From positions 809,960-873,959 of the forward strand of contig NW_018406970.1 of the NCBI RefSeq assembly GCF_002113885.1: a stretch of DNA of 64,000 nucleotides, given 5' to 3'. The position numbers and the translations under genes were made by a program. Each line of letters begins with the position of its first letter. Within the stretch, counting starts at the first letter, position 1. The stretch comes from Mizuhopecten yessoensis (taxonomy: Eukaryota). Shown piece after piece: positions 52,661 to 64,000 of the stretch. The notes beneath the pieces are model-generated. The model saw only the letters and a program-made list of their open reading frames with translations, searched no databases and was not told the DNA's origin.

Positions 52661-54983
52661 ATGTCATTGCTTTGTGTTCTAGCCATATGCAACCTTCTAT
52701 TGGACGCGTCCTTTGCGGTAGCAAGTCCCTCAGTGACTGGTGATGGGACCTCTGATACAGAAATGCGTGACATCAGACTTCTCCTTAACAAGTATGGATC
52801 GCAAATAGGTAATACAAGTGTATGCACTGTGTTTGTCTACTCCACATTTATGTTTACATTCCTGCTTTAAGCTAATGTTTTGAAGCTATCAAACATTTAT
52901 TGTGGGCATCATGCACTTGTTTAATATTTCCTAAATGAAGAAAACAAGTTGACAAAGATCGGCATACAATTTTTAAAAAACTTGTTGGATAACCTTAATT
53001 CTGTAAGATATGTTATATTTACAGCAGAATAATGTTGTATTAATACCTATGAGTAATATTCACTTGCACAAGCCTACACATAGTGATAAACCCGATCTGT
53101 CCATTATCAGTAATCAGTGATTGTCAATCTACCTTCACAGAATCACTACAGAGGGAGAACGCACGACTTGAAGAGAAAACCATGACACTTGAAAAGAAAA
53201 TCATGACACTTGAAGAGAAAGTCACGACACTTGAAGATCAAACACCGGCATTTGAAGATAAAACACCGATGTTTGAAGAACAACGTGAGCCGAAATCTGA
53301 CCTTGTGAACAACACCAAACCAGGCCCAGACATACTCGGTATACCAGATGGTTTGGCAATATCCGACGGAAAGTCCCAATCAAGAAAAAGAAACCCTGGT
53401 ATGAAATCAGATTGTTTTCTTAACTTTATATATACCGTTAAATGTACGGCACATTTCAAAACGGAAAGCCAAACAAGAGGATACCGATATGAATTAGTAG
53501 CATTGGTAAAACAAGTTCATAGGTCTTGATAAACAGTCCATGCTATGTTACGAAATCCAATGTAGACTGTTTGTACAACACGTCTACCTGATCTGTTTTT
53601 GAATTAATGTGGAGCTTACTTTTTACATGGGCTTCTAAAGAAGAAGAAAATGTGATACTAGCCAATCGTTTCTTTTATGTTTACTGATTTTTTCTTCAAA
53701 AGACAGAACAATTCAAGACCTACAAACATTCTTGATGTTGGAATTAAACATTCTTTCATGTAATGATACCAATTTATTATACGCCCTTATACCATTAGAA
53801 CGTGTTTACCGTGTATTCACTTCCTTGACAAATCGATACCTTTTCTGATTTCAGATGAAGCCGTTAAGAAAGTAAACCCTCGTGTTGGTAAGAAATTTCT
53901 GTCTGCATTTATTTGTATCCATTTTTATGAAGGGATAGTTATATTTTGTAATTATATTTGTAAACCAGATAAGTTATTGTTTCGATTCGAAATATAAACA
54001 TAAAATGAACAAAGTTGCCAATTGTGCGTTTTCTAAAATACATATTTTTTACTGATAAGTTAAGTTCCGTATGCGTTTACTATATTAGAACAGTTAATAC
54101 AACAGTAGTGAATCATTGTATAATATTTCGTACAACATACCATGTTCTGTCTTCAACATTCCATCAGATTTGACTTCAACATTCCATCAGATTTGAGAAA
54201 TGAACATGTATGTTTGAGCCCCAAATCCCTATCCCGTCCACCGCCCAAATATATCCCATCCCTATCTCCGGAGTTCGTAGTTTGCCGAAACTTGCGATCT
54301 TATAAGAGTTAAGAACCAGGTTCTAAATGTTCGTTATAAGTTTCTCACTTAATTGTTGGACGCTTAGTTTTCCATTAAAGCGTTATTCTATCGACTGAAC
54401 CAAAAACAAAATACCATTTACTTTTTTTTCCCACCTCATTTTGACCACAATACTCTTTAACAAAGTCGCGCGTAGTAATGTTTTGATATGTTACATTTTC
54501 CTGCTATATCATATGTGAACATGTAATTCATAAATAGGTTTTTTCATCTTGTCTTTAAGGATATTATATTTCACAGATTCCACAACCGACAGCATTATTG
54601 CCTTCCATGCCATTCTCTCACATACGGTCACTGATCCTGCTGCAGAACATATCGTTACGTTTGACCACATCATCACCAATATCGGAGCCCATTACAGCTC
54701 GAAAACCGGTGTTTTTACCTGTGTTGAGGTCGGCGTATACCAGTTTTCATGGATGATTGAGGTTGCTTCTGTTCAGTGGATAACCACACAGCTGGTACGT
54801 AACGGTGCTGTAATAGGGTCAGCCATAAGTGGAGACGATACCTATTGGACAACGGGCGCAGCATCAGCTATCACAATGCTGGCTCCCGGTGATGAGGTCT
54901 GGGTACGGTTGGCAACGGGCCATAGCGTTGGGGCAGACATCACTCCAACATATACAATGTTTAATGGATTTCTGATCCATTAA
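52661..54983 (+). CDS. Secreted C1q domain-containing protein, copy 4, about 281 aa
   Basis: Exons 52661-52808, 53141-53398, 53855-53887, 54577-54983; phase-1 GT-AG introns, open frame. gC1q motifs IAFHAIL, TNIGAHYSSKTGVFTC, LAPGDEVWV, FNGFLIH*. Confidence 0.92.
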
Positions 54984-55723
54984 GTTTAAGCAATACAATG
55001 CTTGTTAACATTTAGTAATTGTCCTTTTAATTATAGGCTAATGCCCGTGTCGTATGCTGCTGTTCCTGACACTTTCAATGGAGATCGTAGGATTTTGGAA
55101 TCTGCAGTTTATTATAATGTAACTTTATAATAGGTCGACACCATGAGGTAGAAATGTTATCATATTAATATTAGTTGAATGATATAATATTAATCATAAA
55201 ACCAAATAAATTTATGAAATATATTTTGATTTAAGATTAAAGATGGATGCATGAAATAAATAAATAAATTCAGGAAATGTATTAGTTCGGTTAATAAATA
55301 ACAAAAGATAAAGTGTTGAGTGATATTTAAACTACGTATATGTGTTTTTATCATACGTAACGCAAAGTGGTTTAGTAGTATGTAATATTATTCATATAAT
55401 TATTTAACCTGTATGGTAACTGTGTATTAATATTTCCATGAACTCTATTGTAAATGTTTCCCTTTATTTCGTGTATTTACGATATACACATGTATATTAT
55501 TTATCTTCACCTCATCGTTAATGGATCAAGAAAGCATCGAGTTACTCCCCCTTAAACATGTTATTCGAATCGAAAGAAGGAAGTAAACAAAAAATAGCAT
55601 ACAGCTCATGCTCTTTGTATTAATAAGGAAGTTCTTTTTTGGAATTCCTGTATCATAAGATAAGATCTCGTGACGCTCTGACTATAATCATACCTCATTC
55701 GAACGGAGCGCTTCGTGTCGACG

Positions 55724-58700
55724 ATGCCAGAGCCCAATAGCATGGTATTATTTTGGATAACTGCGTTTTGTTGCTTGGGCATTGCCACCTCCGAAAATCC
55801 AGGATTTCAGACCAGAATCACGGCAGCAGGACTAAATTATGGTAAAAATAGAACATAAAACACTGTTTTATCAGGACTGTATCATCCTTGGTAATATTGT
55901 AAAATTATGTGTAAGATTGTTTGATTACTTTAAATGTTTTAACTGTATCTGTCTAGTATATTAAATAAGTCTACAAATCACTGTTGCTTGGAAAAGTACG
56001 AAAATGTCTTTAAAAAATCATAATTATGTTAATTTTGTATACATTCTCGGACACATTCACATTTCATTTGTATGTCATACATTGTGAAGCTTAAGAAGTT
56101 GTGTTTAGAAATCTTTCACATTTCCGTTCATTATGCCAGCTATTATGTATTCGTACATTTCTTCATACACATATAAGCAATATTTTCTCTACCAGGAAGT
56201 TCAGATACGGTAACCTTTCATAAGAAAAGCTAAAAATATCTTGTTTTCTAAAAAAATCAATTTGTTGAAATGAAAAGGATAAGAATGTAATTTGTAAGTG
56301 ACGCATCATGTTGTGCAAAGAATATGATAAAAGAAATATGATATGTTTAGATATCGGTATTCTTTCAGAGAGATACCCACTTGGTTGTTCACATCCTACA
56401 TTCGCTTTCGATTGTCGAAATAAAGCATGTTTACATAAAAGTATAATCTAGTATAAATAGCGTACGTAAATTGGTATTTCCTTTAAGAAGAGGATGTCCT
56501 TCTTTCGTGTTTTCTGTTCGATTTGCATCAGGTATTTGATCTAGTTTCTAGTAATAGATGGATTTATTTCCACATTTTTATCCAACCTCAGGACCATTTT
56601 TTAATTTTAGAATTGTTTACTTAAATGAAAAAAACACCAAGTACTGTTGGCTCGAATCCTACTTTCGTTTTCGTGTGTCACTATAGGTAAATTTCGTATA
56701 TATTGCAGCAAACAAAGAAGCCATCGTGCAGCTGTCGAAGAGCGTAAGGGGTCAGAAGATCAATGTCCCGCCGGGAAAGGCTGGCCCTGTTTCCTACTCC
56801 ATTACTGAGTATGTGGCACTGTTATTCACATGTATCAAGTTTAGTCACTAGTTATGATATTCAAATAACAGAGTCTCGTAATACTTGAAGTCGTACGATA
56901 GAGACATTAAACACTTTGTTTTGCGCGACTAAAATGGGTAAAAAATCAGTTTTTATTCATCAGTTCACAATACAAGTATTGAATATGTGTATAAAGCATA
57001 GCTTGCTCTCTTGATTTAATCACGATGAGTTGTGTCTCTTCCTCTTTCAGTGCCGAAATAACCGAGTTTTCACCACCATCCTCGAGCTCGCTCAAACCGA
57101 TAGCAGGTAGTGGGCTGAAATGGTCTGCTTCAGACATTGGACTCGCCATGAGCGGGCGCTTCAGATACTCCTTCAGAAAGATGTGAGTGATACGTTGGTT
57201 TATAAAAATAGGCCAGTTGTAAGCGTTCTTGATTGCTTTGAGTGCGGGATCATCTAAAATCGGACACTTTGTCATTTGTCTTCATCTTCATTATGTACTT
57301 TCAAACGAATAGAAATTAATTCGTGCAAAATTATAAACACGATATAATAAAGTTACGGGGAAACTCTATTGTATTTGAATTAATATCATAGAGAAGTAAT
57401 CACTATCGTAATTTATAAAATCATTGTGAGTGACATAGCTGTATCCTTATACAAACGTACATATCAACAAATCAAACAGGTATCTTATTTCATTTTGTAA
57501 AAGTTCGACATTGCAACGAACCCCAAATTGTAAATAAACTACTTTGTAATGATGTTTTCCATCTGTGATTGTGACCTCATTTCCATTGAAGTCAAAGGTA
57601 TAACCTTTGTTACGTCCTGCCAATGCGTATAATAGATTATTTATGCAGCTTTGTGGAGCCAAATATGCCATAGTTGCAATATAGAGTCGAATTAATATAT
57701 ATATTCACAGCATCAAGATTTCGGATCATGGCAGCTTTGATATATCTGTGTCTGGAGTTTCCTTCAGTGTACAAGTCGATCTAGGTAAGTTATCTTTCAT
57801 ATTCGGAACTAAAGTTACTTTGACTTATATACTTAAATAAAAATTTCAATCTTTAAAATCAAAGTTAGTATGCCTTACACGCCTTTGTGGTGCAGTACTT
57901 ATAGTGACAGTCTTATAGCGCTTATTTTTTTGTTTCTGAATGGAATGGACACGAATGGGCGGCCAAGCATCAGAGCAGGACCGTGCACAAGTGATATAGG
58001 AAGTGTGTCCATCAAGTTCCATGGCAGATGGGCATGGGCATACAATTTATTCCGACGGCAATTCGAGAAAAAAATTCAAAGATTACTCAAGGAAAAGGTT
58101 AGTTTCCGCACAGTTTGGCCTTTTTCTTCACCACATACACGTAAAAACGTTAAAATTAAAGCAGGGCTTCATGGAATGAATGTAACCGATTTGCGTTTAT
58201 ACCGCCATGGAATTGAAACAAATGACGTTCAATCCATAAACATGTTTTAATTATTCCCTAACAATTGCAATATTGCGTGTGTCGTCATCGTTAACACGAT
58301 TCATGGAGCAGCAAGAGTCACCAAACTGTTTAATTATAATCGTTTTCTCACAGGCGGGAGGTGAAGTTTCAAAATAACGCTGATTCAAATGCGTCCCTAG
58401 CTGAATTAATGAAATTTCATCTGGTAATGCTTATAGAGGAACTTGCAGTCGAAATGTAAAAATACACGTATATCTGGTAGAGCCATCTGCAACATATCAA
58501 TTGTAGAGGAAAATCCTCCTCTTTTTTTATTTAGAGGTGGGGACAAAAAAAACCAGGAAGACTTGTTACCTACTAGTTTCAAGACAATTAAGGGCACGTT
58601 TTGCTTTGATGGGAAAGACGCATATACTTCTTCAACGTTGCCAGAGAAGGAGTAGCGGCTGGATGCCAAGCATATATTTATATTACTGTTATGTATACCA

Positions 58701-61700
58701 CTTATTTACATGTGCAGAGGTCGGTATTTAATTAGTTATTTTTGGAATTTTTAGATGTGCATCCTGATTAGCCATTCTCTCAATACAGATGCTGAGAAGT
58801 CTCTGTCCTTATTGAAAGGTTAGTTGTCCTTGAAGTTCTGTTATTAATGGGATAACATTACAGTATTTGCAATGCGTTTAACTCACATCTGACCTGTTAT
58901 ACATTTATTGTTTTCAAGGTACATTGTACATTATGTTTTCATTTCTGTTGTGTAGTTACCTTGGGTATTGGGGAAATGTTGGAGCTGAGCTATAAACTTA
59001 CAAGGCCACCACAATTTACCTCTGATTATATGGAGACCTACCACAAGGTAAGGGGTACCGTTATATATAACTTCCTTGTCGGTGCTGTAGGTAGTTTTAT
59101 AATAAACCTTATTAACAAAATAAAATGTCAAGATTAAACGTTTTTCTAGCTGATATTTTTTTTTGTAATCTTTGGCATAACATAACAATACCGACCAAGC
59201 ATATACTTACAAAACATATATGTTTATATCTTTATGCTCAAAATGTATCAATCATTATGTATTGTTAAATTCACAACTGCTTTGATTCCTAATCATTTAG
59301 TAATTACCTTTTTAATCACCAGACCATGTGATTTACATGAAATTTCAATTACTGAATGTGATCATTTTCTTAGTTTTTTGTAATTATGAAACCAAATTAT
59401 TTGGGTTTTTTCCTCGACATTTAGTGAATTATGTTATTAGTTGTATGAATCTTCCTAACACGGAACACGGGTAAAATGTGCTTCCTTGTCGTTATTATAC
59501 AGGTATATATACTGCTTGCAAAATATACAACTTAATGTTTCAATTATCAAAAAAAACTCGTTTAGGTATAGGTGTACTTAGATACATAAAATCTTAATCC
59601 AAATGCACTGTTACAGGGTGAGATTGACTGGAAGTCTGCGCCTGCCCCGCCCCCTTTCCGGGCCCCATCCCTGCCCCCGTGGAAAGACACGAGCCGTATG
59701 ATGTACTTGTGGGTGTCCGATTTCATGATGAACAGTTTGTTTTACCAGGCTCAGCAACACAACCTCCTCTCCTACAATCTCACTGCGCAGGACGTACGTT
59801 TAAAAAAAAAATAAAAAAAAATATTAGTGTTGTAAATGGTATGTAACATTGAGAAGTAGTGGTTAGGGACTTACGGTCAACATGTACACTAAATCCACCC
59901 CACCCTTGATCGTTAGACCTGACATGTGTGTGAAGAAATAAAGACTGGTGGCAATGAGAAGCAGAATTATATTATTGTAAATAGCGAACATGTTTTCACT
60001 TATTTATATTATATATAAATTCATATTATGAGCACAAAAGCACATGTTTGTAAGCCGTAATATGTTTGTAATCTAGGCCTAATGGTGGATAATACATTTA
60101 AAGAGGCATGGAATAACAAGTTGAGAATGTTTCGTACATATAGCGATTCCAATTTGTTTTCTCGTTATACTCCAGCTATTTCCAGAAAGTTTGGCAATCT
60201 TCCTGACCACTCTAGGTTTAAACTGTGTACAACATTGCTGAGATGTTTCTCTCTTGATTTTCTTTCGATGTTGTTATTTTACTTCATGTGCATTTCAATA
60301 AAATCGACCGACTGAAATGCCTGGAAAAAAACTCAACTGTCGCATACAGTTGGGACTGGACCAAACCCACCCTTCATCATTGGTTTGAATATGTTGAATG
60401 GTTTACTTTTCGTAACAAAACATGACTTTAAATTGGAACAAAAATGTAAGAATACTGCTAACCGGAACAAACCTTTCGAATTAAGGCTTTCAGTACCATT
60501 AAAATAAAATGATTAGATGATTTATCCATATTTTGAAAAAATCATTAATATCAATATCGATTTATATGCCTTAGATAATATTCATTAAATTGTATTTCCA
60601 ATGAAAAAAGTGCATGAAGAATGCCGTGTCATTCTTTTACAAGATCGATCTGTTTTTCTAATTACCATATTAATTTCAAAACTTTTAACCAATGTATTCA
60701 TCTCTTTTTTCATTAAGACTTAATGTTATTGTAATTGTCGTTGAACCTTCATATTGTTTCAAAATACAAGTGCGCCATGTCTTTTATGTGTTAAAGTACT
60801 GTTTACGATGAATCGAAGTTCTACATTTGAAAATATTTGTTTTTATACATGGAAAATTCATTTACACCTTTCAAATGTAGAGCTAATATTTCTGTCATTT
60901 CAGCTCCCGGAAAACGCACAGGGAGTTTTGAACACGACGTGTACCAGTTCACTGTGTATCGGGAACTTGATTCCTGAGGTATGTAGCTAATACTGGAAGA
61001 CGAAGTATTTCTCGAATAAGTTTAATTGAAATATCAAAAGAACTATAAGCTCATTTATTCCTATTGTCACTGACTTTAACATTAAGAAATACAAACATAT
61101 GCCAAACGTGAAGAAAGAGAAAAAATGTGTTTCTATCTTCTTTGTTTTTCAACGGAATATCGCCAATAGTAGGGATATTGAGTATGTTTTCAGTGGATAC
61201 GCATTCGAGTGAGAGTACCTTGATTGTGATACTGCATGTGTGTATTAATATACAAAACGACTTTTAATTATGATTAAGACATTGTTATCAACGGTATACG
61301 TGTTTGTGTATTGAAGCTAAATAAGTATCCTAGCTGCCAGTTGGAACTACAAATGAGAAGTACGAAAATGCCGCAGATTTCTGTTGTCAACGGCTCCATA
61401 GAAACCAAGATGGCCGGATTAATAGCTTTGTATGTCCGACCTATGAAGACCTCATCCACTCTCTATTTCAAGCCAGGGGAAAAAGAGAACCCAGTTTTGG
61501 GCAGACTGAAAAGCAGTACCAAAACATTCGGCGATTTCATATTTACAATGAATGCGGTTGGTACATTTTAAAATTGCTGTTCACCGAATTCACCTCAATC
61601 AAGCTTCTATTTGCATTGCTTAATTTTAATTTCAAATATTTCTATTTGTTTTGATTTCTTAGTCATTCTGTGAAATTAATAATTTTTGAGTGGTTTTTAA

Positions 61701-63540
61701 TTTCGCTGATTTCGTTGGTCCCCTTCATCTACGATTTGATAGGTCCACGAAATAATTACAAGAATGAAAGCTCTGTATGAGTGTTTTCTCGTAACCCATG
61801 AATTATGTATCAACGAAATGCACGACATTTTGGTCCAACGAAAATGTATGATCTCATAGTAACTAGCATATTTAATTATATTTATTTTAAAGTTGTCACG
61901 AAAATGTATGATTTCATGTAGCATATTCAATTATATTTCCTTTAAAACTATCAATATTTTATCTGATTTACTTCGTAATTTGTTTCACCATTATGCAAAC
62001 GGTGTATACATGTACTAGTGTCAGTTTGTGATTAATTACCCATTATTGGTGCGTCCATGTGTATTCTAGCGGATTATTTTCCCTTATTAACGCCGTTAAC
62101 ATCCAGAGGGTTTTTTTGGGCTTCAAATACACGAATAACGTTCACACTTATGGTGGTGATATAGTCCATACACAATTAGACCGTTGAGTAATGTTTGTAT
62201 GGGTGATCTTAAAAATAACTTCCTCTTGAGCTCTATTGGTTATTATATTTTATACTTCCTTAATCGTTAGAACAGCGCGTGATTCATAAAGATCATGCGA
62301 GACCTTAAGTTCGGAGGTTAAGAAGATATATAAATGTCCCCAATGGATACAATGTACCACTTTACCTGTCATAAGGAAATTCAGTAATTTAAATAAGGAA
62401 GCTACGTACGTCGTACAGACACATCAAAATATAAGCGGAACAATACAGATTATGTAATATAGCATCATAACAACGTTATATGTGCACAACAGCCATTCCA
62501 AAATGTCCTTCTTTCATACTAAGACACTCTATATTAATACCAATAGTCATTTCTATGACAAATTTATGACAGTGAGATGACATTGTTATTGTTTTGTTTC
62601 AGAACATGACAGTGACCGGACAGATAAGTGTCGCTGAGAAAGTGATGCACTACAAGGTCACCAACATGACGTGAGTTTTCATGGCAACAACGATCATATG
62701 TTTCATTAGAATTATATATATATTATTTTATATTTTCTTTTTGTGTGGCAACATCTTTCTTAATCATTTGAAAGAGTATAACTGCAGAAGTTTTTACAGT
62801 GTATGGATACAAAAACTTACTACTAATACGTAGACTGCGTGATGACGCACTCGAAAAAAAGTCGACTCTTATTTTAGATCATTATTCTCTCAATTTCAAA
62901 TATCATTTATTATCTTGCAATTAGCAGTTGGAAACTTTGAACTTTAGAGAAACGTTTCAATCGTAATTGCATTTTCATATGAAAAATGAAACAATAAGTT
63001 GTCAAGTGCATAAACGTTGCTGACCTACTGTTTAAGCTGCAACATGTGTCGCAATACCATGCACCATACACCTTGTTTACGACATTTCTCAGTTAAACAA
63101 GAAGGTCAGCAATATCTGTTTATCACGTTAAATACCAGGCAAGGGACGTTTCGTTGTTGAATACTTTTATTTCAATTAAGTGTAATTTATTCATAATGAG
63201 ATCAAGTTTAGTGGCTTTTTCGACCAAGCTAGATTTAACACATGATTGACATTTGTTTCAGTATCACTGCTTCCCTGCAAAATTCAACTATCCCGAATGT
63301 CACTGTAAGTACACTACGAAATACATTGTACTGAGTTCAACTATTTAAAAAGATCAAATCTTAAACTATCTGTTGTGTCATTTCAAATCCTAGTTTTCGT
63401 GTGAAACATTATAATGTCTTTTTACTCTGTATACTCTGTAACGTTTAATGACATACTCTTTTTCATTTTTGAACAGGAACGAGCACTTAACTTTCTGATC
63501 AAGAATGCAGTAGAAAGGTTCATCCAGCCGAGTATTGATT
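55724..63540 (+). CDS. BPI: LBP/BPI-family (bactericidal permeability-increasing-like) protein, copy D; exons 1-13 of a predicted 15, continuing beyond the window (about 508 aa predicted)
   Basis: Exons 55724-55841, 56709-56808, 57051-57182, 57711-57784, 57943-58097 (TG acceptor, or an in-frame AG at 57917-57918), 58755-58818, 58956-59047, 59617-59793, 60904-60978, 61317-61556, 62603-62670, 63262-63304, 63477-63540; phases consistent, no stops. Family hallmarks: signal peptide + NPGFQTRITAAGLNY, the conserved Cys pair (GPCTSD...KMC), YHKGEI, Pro-rich linker PAPPPFRAPSLP, RMMYLWVSDFMMNS, LNTTC...LIPEL.KYP. Confidence 0.88.
61668..61859. mobile_element. Decayed MITE related to 47009-47227, in BPI-D intron 10
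   Basis: CTGTGAAATTAAT ... ATGATCTCATAG-TA, with internal CCACGAAA/CAACGAAA motifs. Confidence 0.5.
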
Positions 63541-64000
63541 GTATGTTGACCTCTTAAACACGTTTCTATAGTGGTAACAACCATTTTAGATTGTTTATCA
63601 TATTTATCTTTTTTGATAGCATTATTCAGTATAAGCCCAAAAATTTGTCACATTTATCTATTTCTATAGGCTTACTCCATGTTATCCCCAACTATGTCAA
63701 ACATTTTATATATATAAAGCGTTATCCCGTGTAATCTAAAAATAAGATGTCATATTCATTTATTTGTATAGGGTTAGTCCATATAATAACAAAATATGTA
63801 CCCACAATTGTTAAAGAATGATTAAATAATAAATAATTACAAGTAGTATTTTTTGCATTGAATCTTTTAATTTTATCACACGATAAGTTATGTCTCCTAA
63901 ATAATGTCTCAAGGATATTGTTGTCATTACATTAGCTTCATAAAGAAAGTCGAAGGTATCTTGAAATTGGAAGATATAGTAGTATATGCGCCCTATGAAA

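Noticed and set aside
55539-55650. Possible NF-kB sites in the BPI promoter (GAGTTACTCCCC, GGAATTCC)
   Set aside because: Neither matches the full GGGRNWYYCC consensus, and similarity to the mirrored promoter is explained by the duplication alone.

Overview
AT-rich, intron-containing animal DNA, most likely from a bivalve mollusc (inferred from the C1qDC genes and SINE types). It has three assembly gaps: a single N at 24243, 38302-38550 and 40659-41159. The window is an innate-immunity segmental-duplication array of four units. Each unit carries an apparently intact + strand secreted C1q-domain gene (signal peptide, 21-bp heptad-repeat coiled coil, 33-bp micro-exon that copy 2 has lost, gC1q exon) at 2930-5107, 15079-17203, 29936-32350 and 52661-54983. 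These are interleaved with LBP/BPI-family genes: three damaged minus-strand copies (10503-13031, 21595-27482, 37775-49598) and one nearly intact plus-strand copy (55724 to beyond the window, 13 exons visible, one atypical splice acceptor). The right half is an old inverted duplication [BPI(-), C1q relic(-)] ... [C1q(+), BPI(+)]. The left part of this structure was then tandemly amplified: the C1q copies stayed open and diverged in short loop patches, while the BPI copies decayed. Also present are two truncated LINE fragments, several SINE families, TA-flanked TIR elements with identifiable empty sites, and micro/minisatellites. Most ORFs in the supplied track are single exons, antisense shadows or noise. 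All exon coordinates were derived by eye from GT/AG sites and comparison between copies.
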